Program-made: the position numbers and the translations under genes
The notes under the pieces: model-generated
The model's database searches: none
Told to the model about the DNA's origin: nothing
The model's input: only the letters and a program-made list of their open reading frames with translations
Shown: in pieces, positions 12,101 through 20,879 of the stretch
Numbering within the stretch: position 1 is the first letter of the stretch
Layout of the letters: each line of letters begins with the position of its first letter
IMG/VR virus record: IMGVR_UViG_3300023199_000021
Location: 66,846 to 130,845 of that record
Reading direction: 5' to 3' (one strand)
Length of the DNA: 64,000 nt
Source of the DNA: a virus

Positions 12101-12275
12101 TGTTGGTCAAGTAGAAGTAGTGCTGAATGGGGCGAGCTTGCTATCTTCATTCGGTGAAAAGGTTAAAGGAGAAATCCTACAAGCGGTATCTGAAAAGATT
12201 GCTGCTTTGATACCTAACCCTGATGGTTCTACAAACCAACCATCATTGTCAAGCCAAGGTAGACCTAGACAATAA
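3141..12275 (+). CDS. Tail tape measure protein
   Basis: 3044 aa, Ala/Gly/Gln-rich helical. TP901-like TMP core (FAQTG, LNAVSKSFAVEADDL, IATGLRTIFTRI), FAKGG..GPSHAQGG / GPGTGTSDSI motifs, glycine-zipper segments. Confidence 0.9.
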   Translation: MAFNINAQVVLSGPKNLQKVRSSIQNQLSNVSVPVKIQISKNAASQLGTFNKQFTALNANLIKVGGSAKKATASLSALGNAASKINNVSSKLSGASKQVNTNLAQTQKQVKATAGEIEAFGKDAALAIRRFSAFTIATGAIFGFVRAVQNATSEAIKFERELARIVQVTGATGRELQGLQKTVDVLSVGLGLDANRLLEVSRIFAQTGQSVDQVRKSLSAVARASLAPTFGDIKKTTEGVIAALNQFNLSADRAESVLGSLNAVSKSFAVEADDLISVIRRAGGVFAASTKQLGAPEERLRELIGIFTAVRSTTRETADTIATGLRTIFTRIQRPRTVKFLEQFGIQLRATAQDAKDLGIAQGEFVGIFEAFRRISQEIDSLDTLSLAKVVEELGGIRQVGKLLPALREFEKAERARGVALAGTESISKDVAIATQTLQVQIEQLRERFQKFVRDVSQSATFQNLVKFALSTANAFITLADALRPALPLLTAIAGVKLTSAAFDFARGFIGGVRKGGGAGGVGGALGSVVIGGGGGGSAAAAATQKQTQSTVASNTQAVSANTTAVNTLNGTVKLLNTTANNLVAQGKAVAASAGNLVSSLAKLPITLKTALAGLGGSGAIRFRRGKGGKIPKFAKGGFVNGPSHAQGGVVAELEGGEFVVPKDRAKKFAAGGIVKQSQVGIVSAEFIDPIKKFPTVSTTLAQVLKSGRVKGGGQSLNDAAADVYKSAKVALTPRGVPMSDIKQALGTSKTAFKFDGIIEGVGKDEEKMFSKAFNNGVEGALQGAGSKIANFVGTPVPNFSQVGADQDFYKNFDAGFKGLLFENVLSALGGQPLLAKNKNRPFDFVDGLSEAVRKPYSKTVSQGIQYVDAKVTAQSANPKELPKKIVNQIAEDALARLPAVVAAKKAQGAIKKATGGPIVDSENRMADVAISDGELIVPPSEAKRNLGLLQRANRGFFVGDLVNKLPNSYIAKGPGTGTSDSIKTELPQGTFVVNAKDTERISNQTGFAAGGRVSKFGIGGSVKKRVPLQGGGILGALGSGKGATGILQTVANVSLVGGVISSLDFSSFEGLINGVLAAAIPLSLLSQNAKNAGESLEEAAAKGADAVNDLGAAAEQTAQRQRSANFGRDDVEARLRAARIREANGGVGVLESDLVQRQAARDRRAAQLRRIRAQRRTGGVVESDLVGLDELDRDQRAARRRSRRRRLGRGSVTNRLAAARGRTGLGGARVGRLSRVGSRLVGVRGLGGFSKLAPVLNKLGPALAKVGRGALSGPGGIAAAALALAVNPITDAIAKGFVGAAKDINGTRGFTAGQGGQTTAQTIGGIKGGVGGALGGAAIGGVIGSVIPGIGTAIGAAVGALIGGVTGTLTGVFTAFKEQAKFEELEKLQKSSKTLNDAFDKLSGEGIKNVNTLEQVAEASSDLTRQIVSSASAFQNIADNSGRNFFGDNLFGQTVDGLSKLSQVIGTGTTLVEKGFIALDSVLAAGGATAVGALVPIIGPLIGAGIGAIFDAINPDIQANAQRRLNQRIGISNTVGTARGFSVSLEAIPQEVFDKADENFNRLGQTILDSIPLDNLTGIVALGPDATFDELTTALESAGDNSETFRKQLEAYKSLQGVQITKEAKQLIAAFDALSQGNQKLQQSFAIGTASASKFLSTFQETGSLLEANAAGGEAFIKSLQARTSAAGQRLDFNVNDLFSGGFEELAQTVTDAGNGNQEAAAKIAQLAAATDQSADAITTTVSKYAAFTQANREQATAQAVAIAKQRIINDLLKASAQGLDALAAALQGLVSATQNAVSDFSISLSNIEAEVSRVLSTEQSVQANQRANVFTNGGAGRSLGELTAGVERVRSGLGGDASAFADLPSTVQLGQALPKALKDTIDELERSGERIDLNTFQDRLITKIPDFNQLSKVVQTQLLNNIEAAFSGARQGADLGAEGISKLLEEVGNLDQFVELSGQAASALEEVTAQLNSFNSAVLQAVNLQIQATRQRVDAELSILEKREAATDRFAKFEARSTAELARARQSLNREITTLLDAGGAGSTSVQTVDAAGNPVTTNLATVGGGDLLSRREGLEDIRSQLLQAISERTGVDPTDTAALASLDLPEIDQLQTELANVTSALEGTKKSIDVLANDTRILTAVENKLTSIQESRLTGRQRVTAALSQLANARTPEERARIVSEIQRPVLAARKVNQGQGLNLQEFASFAQSLDEGVNGVAGELLRRGNPGISEEDLARLVDQSRANLQTGFLRNVAPNAVGRGLGFDNFAADVIFNPQGASTEAAGQTPEEKRLLTIKDQILKVQEDLIRGTADQNAKSIADQQAILRDQLSKTKSSLDAAAEAFKRLREEQEELVVISQARAAQLKQSQAAAESREAEQALSKINEEVANLREQAANLDPADVSRRQQNLGTALGLATDFTAQISRNKENPLLEFTQQLAGSRFARPENSFLRDSAFITRAVGAGTGDNTNFNALSSEQIANQKVLFRDLASQILPDDPLGAANLGQQIADRLDDIRIGQDTIAQNSETGQVVKAIIAENIIPALRTAQTNLGDPEQVRQQLQEVNAKLAEANTRQTELQERATGSRTEAASATATAELLTALKRTSKDSNARLTDRQSAALGLFQGDGANAAGAIQELTGFQVTANETAQILETLKEKGNAFQQSLDAMTQSTEQNTTAQQQQQQQVQRDTTPVTSSTPTTVPTAPDTTIRSTPDPAIVAGVAAMVGRATGPIARPASDPAPDSDAALLGASVLTPRQQRQQAIQQQREAKRQQFEEQRNARREAFEAPRRERREIGQFQSLQSTVGSQQSVEQLIAKASAGVEQLRTSGDTPAQDRAIANLQRLEQRRDSLGRRRTALENNLATATASNPQSAAGQALFGSVRQRTAQEQLAFVNRFEGQERQQVAQRLLQGQNNQLTGRERQRVLSIAENGLTRVEAVRQGLDNTFNTFAETLQNNPFVAGVQQAADKLAALPQLQVALDANVGQVEVVLNGASLLSSFGEKVKGEILQAVSEKIAALIPNPDGSTNQPSLSSQGRPRQ

Positions 12276-12287
12276 CAGGAACAAAAA

Positions 12288-13793
12288 ATGGCACTAGAAA
12301 TTGTATTCAAGTATGGCGACTACGAATTTGAACCTCGTCCGCTGTTTACTATTAATTCAGAACCTTTAAAGACTCCTGATGGTGTAGGCTATGGTATCAT
12401 CCATAATATCACACTAGACGGAGACTTGATCACTACTGATAAGGAAGTCGAGTCTGGTCTTGCTGGCGTTTTTGATAAGGTAGGAATCCTCAAGGACGCC
12501 CTAGACCACGACGGACGACTACTTGTGGTTACTTGTGATAATACTCCCATTCTGAGCGGATACCCTACGATAGAAGGTTATTCTTTCAACAATGAAAGTG
12601 ATAACTACACCCGTAGAGCGTCTTACAATATTGACTTTAGAATGCCTACTACAGTACTAGGTACTGGTAGCGATGTATTCAATAGCTCAGTAATTCCTCC
12701 ATATATTGAAAGTTGTAATGAGACTTGGGATGTTGAGTTTCAAGATGAAAGGATGCCTTTTGCTTGGAATGTTGGTCCTGATGTAGAAAGATTCGGCTAT
12801 GTCGCTGCCGTTACCCATACAGTTGATGTAAAGGCTCGAATCGCCTACACTGGTGATCGCACATCTAATACCCCTTGGCAAGATGCATTAGCCTATGCTA
12901 CAGGTAAGCTTGGATTTGATAATGAGTTCGTGACATTGACCGGTGTACTAGGTTTGCCGGGAGCCGGATTCGATCAAATCGTTACTTTTAATCAGTATAG
13001 ACAGGTATCGACAAACAAGACAGAAGGCTCTATTCAAGTAGTAGAAACCTTCCTTGTTACCCCTACCGGTGCAGCCACCAAAAGCCTTCCTAATGACGCC
13101 ATTGAAACATTCGACATAAGTACGTCTCAGAATGACGGTGTAATCACTGTTAACATTCAGGGTGAGATTCGAGGTCTTACATCTATCAGCTACAATAATG
13201 GTTTTGCTGTAGATTCCGACAAGTTTTCTGCCGCTTCGGGGTATTTTAAAGTAATCAAAGACAGGCTCTACGATAGAGCAAAAAATGCCTACACTGGTAT
13301 CATTGATAGTTGCTTCAATCGTAATCTAAACCCAACCGTTAGAAGTCGTACAGTAGGTATGAATCCTATTGAGGGAACTATCACTTACGACTACCAATAT
13401 GACACAGCAACCAACGGTTGTATCACTGGTGACTGTATTATTTCCCAGAACATCACTATTGATGATACTTTACAGACTGATGTTTTTGCTAGTCAGGTTG
13501 TGCTGGGTAGAGCAACTGGTCCTATCTTACAAGACATTGGTACTACCACAGCAAGAGTACGTACTGTAAATATCGAAATTGTAACCCTACCGCCAACGGG
13601 TTGTGGATCGGTAGCTGCCATTTATGAGCCTATACCTACAGAACAAGTACAGGATTTCATTTCAACTATCTCAGGCGATTTGGCAGCAAGCTACAACCAA
13701 GTTTTTGTTTCTTCCAATACTCAAAACTGGAATTTTACAAACGGTAGATACACAAAAAACATAGGCTTCACATATAATACATGTAGTGGCTAA
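12288..13793 (+). CDS. Tail/baseplate protein (distal-tail-like position)
   Basis: 501 aa, beta-rich, directly after the tape measure. Confidence 0.55.
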   Translation: MALEIVFKYGDYEFEPRPLFTINSEPLKTPDGVGYGIIHNITLDGDLITTDKEVESGLAGVFDKVGILKDALDHDGRLLVVTCDNTPILSGYPTIEGYSFNNESDNYTRRASYNIDFRMPTTVLGTGSDVFNSSVIPPYIESCNETWDVEFQDERMPFAWNVGPDVERFGYVAAVTHTVDVKARIAYTGDRTSNTPWQDALAYATGKLGFDNEFVTLTGVLGLPGAGFDQIVTFNQYRQVSTNKTEGSIQVVETFLVTPTGAATKSLPNDAIETFDISTSQNDGVITVNIQGEIRGLTSISYNNGFAVDSDKFSAASGYFKVIKDRLYDRAKNAYTGIIDSCFNRNLNPTVRSRTVGMNPIEGTITYDYQYDTATNGCITGDCIISQNITIDDTLQTDVFASQVVLGRATGPILQDIGTTTARVRTVNIEIVTLPPTGCGSVAAIYEPIPTEQVQDFISTISGDLAASYNQVFVSSNTQNWNFTNGRYTKNIGFTYNTCSG

Positions 13794-13815
13794 AAGGAAA
13801 TTAAGGAAATAACTC

Positions 13816-16800
13816 ATGGCAGAATTAGGCCAAAATCTATGTAGTCCAGCACGAATCTACGGCCCATTACCTCAAACTGTTTTCTGTGGCTGTAGTGTCT
13901 TAAGCTTTTCAGTTTCCGCAGGTTGGAACGAACAAGCATCTAATCTTACCGTTGAATTGGTACAGGATGATTGTGTCGGTCCTCGCGTGTGGTGGGATGA
14001 AAGTCTGCAAAGACAGACAGGAGATATTGCTGATCCCGGCTTTACAGAACCAGAACCGGGGTGTGCTGTTTATTTCCGTATCGAAGAAAATCCAGATGGA
14101 AGTACCGAGGCCGAAAGAGGCGGTTTCGAGTATGCTGGTGTTGTAGAAAGCTGGACTGAGAAGTTTGACTCAAACGGTAATCCTGTCTATACAATCACGA
14201 TTACTGACCCTAGAGTTGTTCTTGAAAATACTCAGATTATTGTAAATGACTTCCCCGGCACAACTTCTGGCGTATGGAATCTTATCAACGCCTATGCCTA
14301 CATTGAAAGTCTAGGTAGCACATGTACTGCTTCTCCCGCTGGTGCTATTGGTGGTGTTTCATTTGATAACGTCATTACCAATATCGCTAACGAAAGAGGT
14401 ATGGTCTGGAACGACTTGAAGTGTGCTATCCATACTCTAACTTCTGCTGTCGATAAAGCTTTAGCAAACTCATTGTACTATGGATATTGTGTAGACAATA
14501 GACTAGTATATGTTGGTCCTAATACTGGGGAAGAAGGTTATGGTGTTATTGAAAAAGATGATACCATCACCGATCCCGCTTTTCAAATTCTTCCTAACGT
14601 CAATTTAAATCAACAATACTACTACGTTGACCTTACCGAAGTTCCTTTCGCACCGCTTTACTACCGTATCTCAGGTCCAAACATTAGTTTGATGGAGGTA
14701 ATTAGTCAGGTATGTAAAGATGCAGGTTGTGATTATTACGTTGAGCTATTACCTATACGAAATGCCGGGAAGGTGTTGAAGGTAATCAAGGTGCGTGTTG
14801 CTGCACGATCTTCTCAGCCGCAGCTTGGTAGGATAGATGATTTCATAACCGCGAAACAATCCGAGGCATCAGATGCTAATGGGGGTGTGTTAGCGTATGT
14901 TCGTGGTGAAGAAGTTAGAAACGAAGAAACTTCTACATACCTTATCGGTGGTAAGATTCGAGAGCAATTCGAAGCCGATAGTACGCAAATGCTACCGTTC
15001 TGGGGAACAGACACAGACGGAAATATAATTCAGGCAACAACCTCTGTCGGTGAGTATCTTGTACGTCTTGACGTAGGAAGATTAAATACCACTTTGTACA
15101 ACGGCTTTGGTGCCCAGTATCAGTGGATTACCGAAAGCGAACTTCGTGCTGCGGTAGACGGAGATATTGACTCATGGAAAACTGTTACAGTAGCTAAAGC
15201 TGGTTCTTCTGACTTTGCAACATGGATGGCTGCAAATAAACATTCAGCTATTCTATCTCTTGAAAGAGCTAAAGAATGGTTTGAGGGTGCCAAGCCGGGA
15301 CACGCAGTTCCTTTCCCTCAACCAGAAGCACAATCAGACGATATTGATCCAGAAAGCAATGCTGCTCAAGACTTAGATAAGGTTTTTGAGTTTGTTAGAG
15401 CATATGCTGATGAATTCTATGGTAAGCAGTTTATTGTAAACGCACCGTTTGTTTGCTATGCTGTTGATGGTGAATCCAGCAAGCTTAGATATTCCCATGA
15501 GCCTTCAACCGAGGGTTGCTGGGTAGCAGACGGTACTTCTACAGTTATTGGTTTAACCCATGATTCTGCTGCTTCCGATTTCTTTAGAGACGACTCAGGT
15601 AAGTACGAAACAATTGTACGTTACCCACTAATCAATGCTTCCTCAATGGGTGGTCTTGGTGGCACTTTAATTGCCGATCCATCCAGACTTGGTGACGACA
15701 ACTATATCACAGACCAAGTAGACGAAATTTGGGTGAAGGCAGAGGTCGATTCAAGATGGTTATTTGGTACTCCGCTCAACCCATCTGCTTCTACTATATC
15801 TTTCGTAGTAAGAACAGCCGCTCCCGTTGTAAACAGAACAAGTAGTATTAATGGTTCAGACCACAACTTCATCGAAGGTGTTGGTGGTTTGGGTAACGCT
15901 ACAGACGCCGCTGGTTTAGGTGCGTTTGGTGTTCCAGACTTTAACGACCGTTCTATGGGAACTTTAGCTGCACTTCCTATTGCTATTGCTCCTAATGCCG
16001 CACTATGCCCTGTCTTGAATCACGTACAGGTTTACGGACCTTGGGGTGTGGCTGGATTGCCGGGACAAGTATCTCTAGAAACAGACGAAGGTTTCGTTCC
16101 TTGGGAATATGGTAGTGACGTAGTTATGTATCAAGCTGCCTTGGACAAGGTTGCATCATCTGTTACACAAATGCGTAAAGGCGAAAGAGGTTCTATCCGA
16201 GTAGCTGGTTTTCCAAACATTCCTCTGGGTGCCGAACTATTCTCAGTAGATGCTGGTTCTCCACCTAATTCTCAAGGTAATCAAAAATATGTAGGAACAC
16301 GTAGCTATTCTACCGCTCAGTGTGCCCCTGTGCTACCGTTTTTGTATTGTCCTATGAATGCTTGGACAGGTGAGTTCGGCCCCAACGTAACCAACATCAA
16401 TGTTCAAGTTGGTGCTGGTGGTTTTACAACAGAATATCAGTTTAGCACATACACTCCAGCATTCGGTAGATTCAACAAAGACAATGCTGAGCGACTAAGA
16501 AGAATCGGTCAAACCAGATTGCAGGCTATGCGTAATCTAAGGGCACAAGCAACCCTTAAGAACAACATTGCCGGTTCTCTTGCACGTAGTCGCCAAATGA
16601 TTCAGAATCAAATTGGACGATCTATTCGTGCCCCTAAATCTGCTCACCACGTATTCATTGGTAGATATACATCTAGCGGTAGACCAGAAATCCACACCCA
16701 TAGTGCTAAAGATGCTATCTTAACTTTCCCTAAAGATACCACATACGCAAATTCAGCTATGATTAGTTTGGATGCTCTTTATCGTCCGGTATCCAAGGCT

Positions 16801-19800
16801 GGTGATGGAAGTCTGCCTCGACTAATAAACTTTAGTGGACCCACATGTGGCTCAGGAACTAATCCTAGCCAACCAGACCCACCTATCAATGAATATCAAG
16901 GTCTGAAAATTGATCAAGACTATCTAGATGGTTTGGCTAATCCTAATTCTACTTTACCAACAGACAGATCAGATACCGCAGGTAGTGGTCACGACGTTGA
17001 GATATTAGGTAGAGGTTCAGCCGCTCCACCATCAGGTTGGGCTATTGCAGAAGGTGAAGAAGGAGGTACTGGCGGATATGAAACCGATTATCGTTTCTTG
17101 GCTTTGAAGGGACCGGTATACATTCAGCAATTTGGTTACGACCTATGCGGCAAGCCTGTACCTAATAAAGCAGACAGTGATGCTAACGCAGAAGCAGGTA
17201 CATTTACCAATTCAAACTTGCAAGATAAATTCCTTGACGGTTTCTTGAAGAAGCCTAAGACTTGGCCTGTAGCTCAATTGGACTTGAGGCTTGACCGAGA
17301 GCGTGGTTTGTGGGTAATGCCTCAGCCACCTAGAAATCTTCACGTAAACTCCACCGGCTGTATTTTAATCTCCAGTGGTGTGACCGTCCAGAACGGTAAG
17401 ACCGTATATGATTCAGCAGGTAGCCCTGTAGGATCGCCAACATTAGACGCAGAGTGGCCTTGGACTATCCAGCCGCCTAGCGGTATCGGTACGGTCCCAG
17501 TTTACTACGACACTGTTGATTGCAAGCATTATGTGTTCCCTGTCAACAGGTTAGACATTTCTGTTACTGGTGGTTCTCTAATTCAAGACGTAAAGACCAT
17601 CGAGTTTGGCTCTGGCTTTACACTAGAAAGTGTTACTTCTGACGAATGTATCAATAAAGTAGTAATCAGTACCCCCAGTGGTTCCGAAACCCCCGGTGGT
17701 AGTGGTTCCAAAACACAATTTGGTACAGACAATTCTTGGACTGGTTGTATTAGTGATTCTGGATATAGTGGTTGCTTAAGTTTGAACGGCTTCCCTGTTC
17801 CTCAAGCATCCGATGTTTGTTCTGACTATGACTGTATCACAGTAGGTAGAGGGCTGACGCTTGATCCTAACGGTCAACTTGATTCATGGATGTTTATCAA
17901 CTCGCTTGATGCTTGTGGTAGACCAGCAGAATCTTGTTCTGCTTTCAATATGTTGACCATCGGTACTGGTTTAAAACTTGTAACTAAAGAAACCAACTGT
18001 GTTTATGAGATACACTCAGCACTTGTTGGTAGTGGTCGTACACTTGCCTATCCAGACAATCCTTGCGATAGAGGAGCGTTATGGAAGCCTTCTGGTGAAT
18101 TTGAAATAATTAAATTCATTGGAAATCTGCATACTACGTTTGATGGTTGTGAAATGACCGTAAGCGGTGTGTCTAGGAATGGTATTGAAGTTTCTGGTAT
18201 CGCAGACTGCAATAGAGCTAGCGTTCCTACAAAAACAGTTGCAGGACTAGCATTTGGTACTGGTCTTCAATTGACAACTTTCGACTGTACTGGTATCGTT
18301 GATATAAATATCAAGGCTAGTGGTAGTGAAAGACTATCTTATTGTGATTCTCCTACAATTCCTTTGAAAGAAGGTTTCGAGGTACTTGAATTTGTAGGAG
18401 GTTTAAGTACTACTCAAGATGGCTGTAAGATAATTGTAAGCGGTATTGATCCGGCTATTTATTTCAGCGGTAGTGGGGCCTGCGGTGGAGGAGATGTAGG
18501 TGCTTTCCAAGGTAAAGAGCTAGTACTTGGAACAGGTATAAGAGTAACAGATAATGGAGATTGTAGTGCTACTATTTCTTCTAACATTACTGCTACTGGT
18601 AAAACCTATGATGTTGACAGTGTTTGTGAACCAACAAGATTAGGTTCTGTAGAATCAGTATTTGAAAACATTGAGTTCATTGGAAATCTAAGCGTAACCA
18701 AACCTAGCGATTGTAGTGTGGTGGTTAGCGGTATGGACAGTCCAATAACTTTTAGCGGACAGCCTTATTGCGGTGTAGGAGCAGTATCTCCTTTTAATGC
18801 TGCGACCATTGCTGTCAGCGGCATGACCATTGAAGATCGCGGAGACTGTGTTGCACTACTTAAAATTGATCAAACTATTGAGGGTAGAGACAATGAATGT
18901 AATCTCGGTGGAGTTGTTTCGGCGTCTCGTTACAGAAAATTAGTTATTGGTAGCGGCCTTGCCTTGCTTGATGCTGGTGATTGCGAATTCCATATCAATT
19001 CTAGAAACTACATTGAATCTAATGGGTCTTGCAGTACTAGTGCTGTATCTCCATTCTTTTATGGAAATCTAGTTTTAGGTATTGGTTTTGAATTAATTGA
19101 AGGCAACCCAAGTACATGCGAAGCTATTGTAAATACTTACTTTAGAGGCAGCGGATATGAAATTACCGATAACTGCCTGACTCAAGGCACACTGACACAA
19201 TCAAGATTTACTAATTTAAAATTCTTGGGCAATTTAAGTGTTACTCAAGAAGATGGTTGTGAGCTTATTGTTAGCGGTGCCCCGCAACCTATCCAAGTAT
19301 CAGGTCTAGAGGGCTGCAACGGTTCAAGTGTCCCCACAATCGACGCACACAAAATTGTTGCCGGCACAGGCTTGACAGTAGCAGCGGGTTCTAATTGTGA
19401 TGCGATACTATCGACTACCTTATCTATTTCTGCAACTGGAGCTACTTGTTATAGTGCTGTTGGTGGTGGAATCTTTAATAGCCTGATACTGAGTGGTCTT
19501 GACCTAGTAGATAAGGGCAACGACTGTGGGTTTGTTGTTAAACATATTCAACGTATTGGTAAAACAGACGATAACTGTACAAATCCCGGTGGTCTTGGTT
19601 CTACGCCGGAAGAATCTCAAAGAGATTTCACTAATTTTCAAGAACTAAATATTGGAGAAGGGCTTCGATTAACTGACCAAGGAAGTTGTAGATATCTAAT
19701 TGAGGGTGGTATCAAGATTGGTACAAAAGACCCCGATCAAGCATGTACTACTGCTGCTAGTGGTAGTTGGTATCCTCAATTGTTTGTTGGTGGAGGACTG

Positions 19801-20448
19801 ACACTTACTGACGATGGCTGTGGTGCTATTATTAGTAACCCAATTGTCGTTGGTGCTTCTAGCGAAGACGGTTCGTTTTTCCAAGCCGATGCCGACTGTG
19901 TTACAGGTTTGCCGGGACCGACATTTGCTTGTCTAACTCTCTGTGGTGGTGCTGGTTCTCTTGCTCTAGAAGGGCCATATTGTTATCGTAAACCTCCTAA
20001 GCATATTGAAACGCTATGGGCAGGTTTTGGTATTGGTGCAGCTTCATGTAGCGAATGCGAACTGATTCTTTTCAATAACCACCGCGATGTTGGTACTGAC
20101 AATAGTTGTAATTCAATTACAATTGGTCAAGTAGGTAAGCATAGCTGGAGCAGCGACTTTGCTTTGGCTGCTGGTGGTGAGGCTGGCGGTGCTTGTAGCG
20201 ATGACGGCTTTGATAACACAAAAGATACATCTATTACTTTGAATACCGGTGGTGGTTCTTGGAGTTGTAGTTTTGTTAAGAATATTACTGTTACTACCTC
20301 TGGTGGCTATGTAACTGACGTAACTTGGGAGTGTGGTAGTATTAGCGGAAGCAAGAGTTGTAGCGGTAAGTATTGGATTACTTCTACCGATTGCGGTTGT
20401 TCTGGTGGTTCTGGTGGTGGTGGTACAGGAACCGGAACCGGTGGCTAA
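13816..20448 (+). CDS. Baseplate hub/central tail fibre with Cys-rich C-terminal repeats
   Basis: 2210 aa; hub-like N-terminal half; C-terminal half made of G.GL...G.C...I repeats. Confidence 0.6.
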   Translation: MAELGQNLCSPARIYGPLPQTVFCGCSVLSFSVSAGWNEQASNLTVELVQDDCVGPRVWWDESLQRQTGDIADPGFTEPEPGCAVYFRIEENPDGSTEAERGGFEYAGVVESWTEKFDSNGNPVYTITITDPRVVLENTQIIVNDFPGTTSGVWNLINAYAYIESLGSTCTASPAGAIGGVSFDNVITNIANERGMVWNDLKCAIHTLTSAVDKALANSLYYGYCVDNRLVYVGPNTGEEGYGVIEKDDTITDPAFQILPNVNLNQQYYYVDLTEVPFAPLYYRISGPNISLMEVISQVCKDAGCDYYVELLPIRNAGKVLKVIKVRVAARSSQPQLGRIDDFITAKQSEASDANGGVLAYVRGEEVRNEETSTYLIGGKIREQFEADSTQMLPFWGTDTDGNIIQATTSVGEYLVRLDVGRLNTTLYNGFGAQYQWITESELRAAVDGDIDSWKTVTVAKAGSSDFATWMAANKHSAILSLERAKEWFEGAKPGHAVPFPQPEAQSDDIDPESNAAQDLDKVFEFVRAYADEFYGKQFIVNAPFVCYAVDGESSKLRYSHEPSTEGCWVADGTSTVIGLTHDSAASDFFRDDSGKYETIVRYPLINASSMGGLGGTLIADPSRLGDDNYITDQVDEIWVKAEVDSRWLFGTPLNPSASTISFVVRTAAPVVNRTSSINGSDHNFIEGVGGLGNATDAAGLGAFGVPDFNDRSMGTLAALPIAIAPNAALCPVLNHVQVYGPWGVAGLPGQVSLETDEGFVPWEYGSDVVMYQAALDKVASSVTQMRKGERGSIRVAGFPNIPLGAELFSVDAGSPPNSQGNQKYVGTRSYSTAQCAPVLPFLYCPMNAWTGEFGPNVTNINVQVGAGGFTTEYQFSTYTPAFGRFNKDNAERLRRIGQTRLQAMRNLRAQATLKNNIAGSLARSRQMIQNQIGRSIRAPKSAHHVFIGRYTSSGRPEIHTHSAKDAILTFPKDTTYANSAMISLDALYRPVSKAGDGSLPRLINFSGPTCGSGTNPSQPDPPINEYQGLKIDQDYLDGLANPNSTLPTDRSDTAGSGHDVEILGRGSAAPPSGWAIAEGEEGGTGGYETDYRFLALKGPVYIQQFGYDLCGKPVPNKADSDANAEAGTFTNSNLQDKFLDGFLKKPKTWPVAQLDLRLDRERGLWVMPQPPRNLHVNSTGCILISSGVTVQNGKTVYDSAGSPVGSPTLDAEWPWTIQPPSGIGTVPVYYDTVDCKHYVFPVNRLDISVTGGSLIQDVKTIEFGSGFTLESVTSDECINKVVISTPSGSETPGGSGSKTQFGTDNSWTGCISDSGYSGCLSLNGFPVPQASDVCSDYDCITVGRGLTLDPNGQLDSWMFINSLDACGRPAESCSAFNMLTIGTGLKLVTKETNCVYEIHSALVGSGRTLAYPDNPCDRGALWKPSGEFEIIKFIGNLHTTFDGCEMTVSGVSRNGIEVSGIADCNRASVPTKTVAGLAFGTGLQLTTFDCTGIVDINIKASGSERLSYCDSPTIPLKEGFEVLEFVGGLSTTQDGCKIIVSGIDPAIYFSGSGACGGGDVGAFQGKELVLGTGIRVTDNGDCSATISSNITATGKTYDVDSVCEPTRLGSVESVFENIEFIGNLSVTKPSDCSVVVSGMDSPITFSGQPYCGVGAVSPFNAATIAVSGMTIEDRGDCVALLKIDQTIEGRDNECNLGGVVSASRYRKLVIGSGLALLDAGDCEFHINSRNYIESNGSCSTSAVSPFFYGNLVLGIGFELIEGNPSTCEAIVNTYFRGSGYEITDNCLTQGTLTQSRFTNLKFLGNLSVTQEDGCELIVSGAPQPIQVSGLEGCNGSSVPTIDAHKIVAGTGLTVAAGSNCDAILSTTLSISATGATCYSAVGGGIFNSLILSGLDLVDKGNDCGFVVKHIQRIGKTDDNCTNPGGLGSTPEESQRDFTNFQELNIGEGLRLTDQGSCRYLIEGGIKIGTKDPDQACTTAASGSWYPQLFVGGGLTLTDDGCGAIISNPIVVGASSEDGSFFQADADCVTGLPGPTFACLTLCGGAGSLALEGPYCYRKPPKHIETLWAGFGIGAASCSECELILFNNHRDVGTDNSCNSITIGQVGKHSWSSDFALAAGGEAGGACSDDGFDNTKDTSITLNTGGGSWSCSFVKNITVTTSGGYVTDVTWECGSISGSKSCSGKYWITSTDCGCSGGSGGGGTGTGTGG

Positions 20449-20465
20449 CATAATAGAGATTTAAA

Positions 20466-20750
20466 ATGAGTGAACAACAAGATAAGCCATTACCTCAACA
20501 ATTGGACGAGGTTATTCAACATCTGGAAGTTGAAGAAGATGTCAAACTAGAAAACCATAAGCACAAAGACCCCGAAGGTTTGGGAGATACTTTGGAGCGT
20601 GTGTTCTCTAAGTTTGGAATTACAGAACAATGGATTAGTGCTGCTATGGGAATAGGTGGTTGCGGTTGTAGTAAGAGGAAGAATTTCCTTAATCAAATCT
20701 TTCCGTACCGCAAACAATCGAAAGACCATAACAAGACAGAAGACAAGTGA
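20466..20750 (+). CDS. Conserved small phage protein (GLGD...CGC..RK..LN..FPY)
   Basis: 94 aa with a recurrent phage motif; its stop codon lies within the adjacent IS end. Confidence 0.65.
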   Translation: MSEQQDKPLPQQLDEVIQHLEVEEDVKLENHKHKDPEGLGDTLERVFSKFGITEQWISAAMGIGGCGCSKRKNFLNQIFPYRKQSKDHNKTEDK

Positions 20751-20875
20751 ACTACTCATTTGCTAAAGACAAATGGACTTCGGGTTTCGTAGATAGTTGA
20801 GTATTACTACTTCTTACACCATCTCCACCCGTGTTATCGACCGTCCCAGCTTTAATCCCTCTCTTTACGGGATAC
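20747..20875 (-). mobile_element. Orphan IS200/IS605 right end / TnpB omegaRNA-like scaffold
   Basis: Minus strand reads GCTGGGACGGTCGATAACACGGGTGGAGATGGTGTAAG...GAAGTCCATTTGTCTTTAGCAAATGAGTAGTTCAC. It encodes AGTVDNTGGDGVR..TKPEVHLSLANE*, typical of TnpB C-termini; no tnpB in the window. Confidence 0.75.
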
Positions 20876-20879
20876 CTCA

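Noticed and set aside
3251-12310. Many antisense ORFs inside the tape measure (and similar shadow ORFs elsewhere)
   Set aside because: Explained by codon bias of the sense genes; no RBS or motifs
13816-20448. Diversity-generating retroelement target
   Set aside because: No reverse transcriptase or template/variable repeat pair seen
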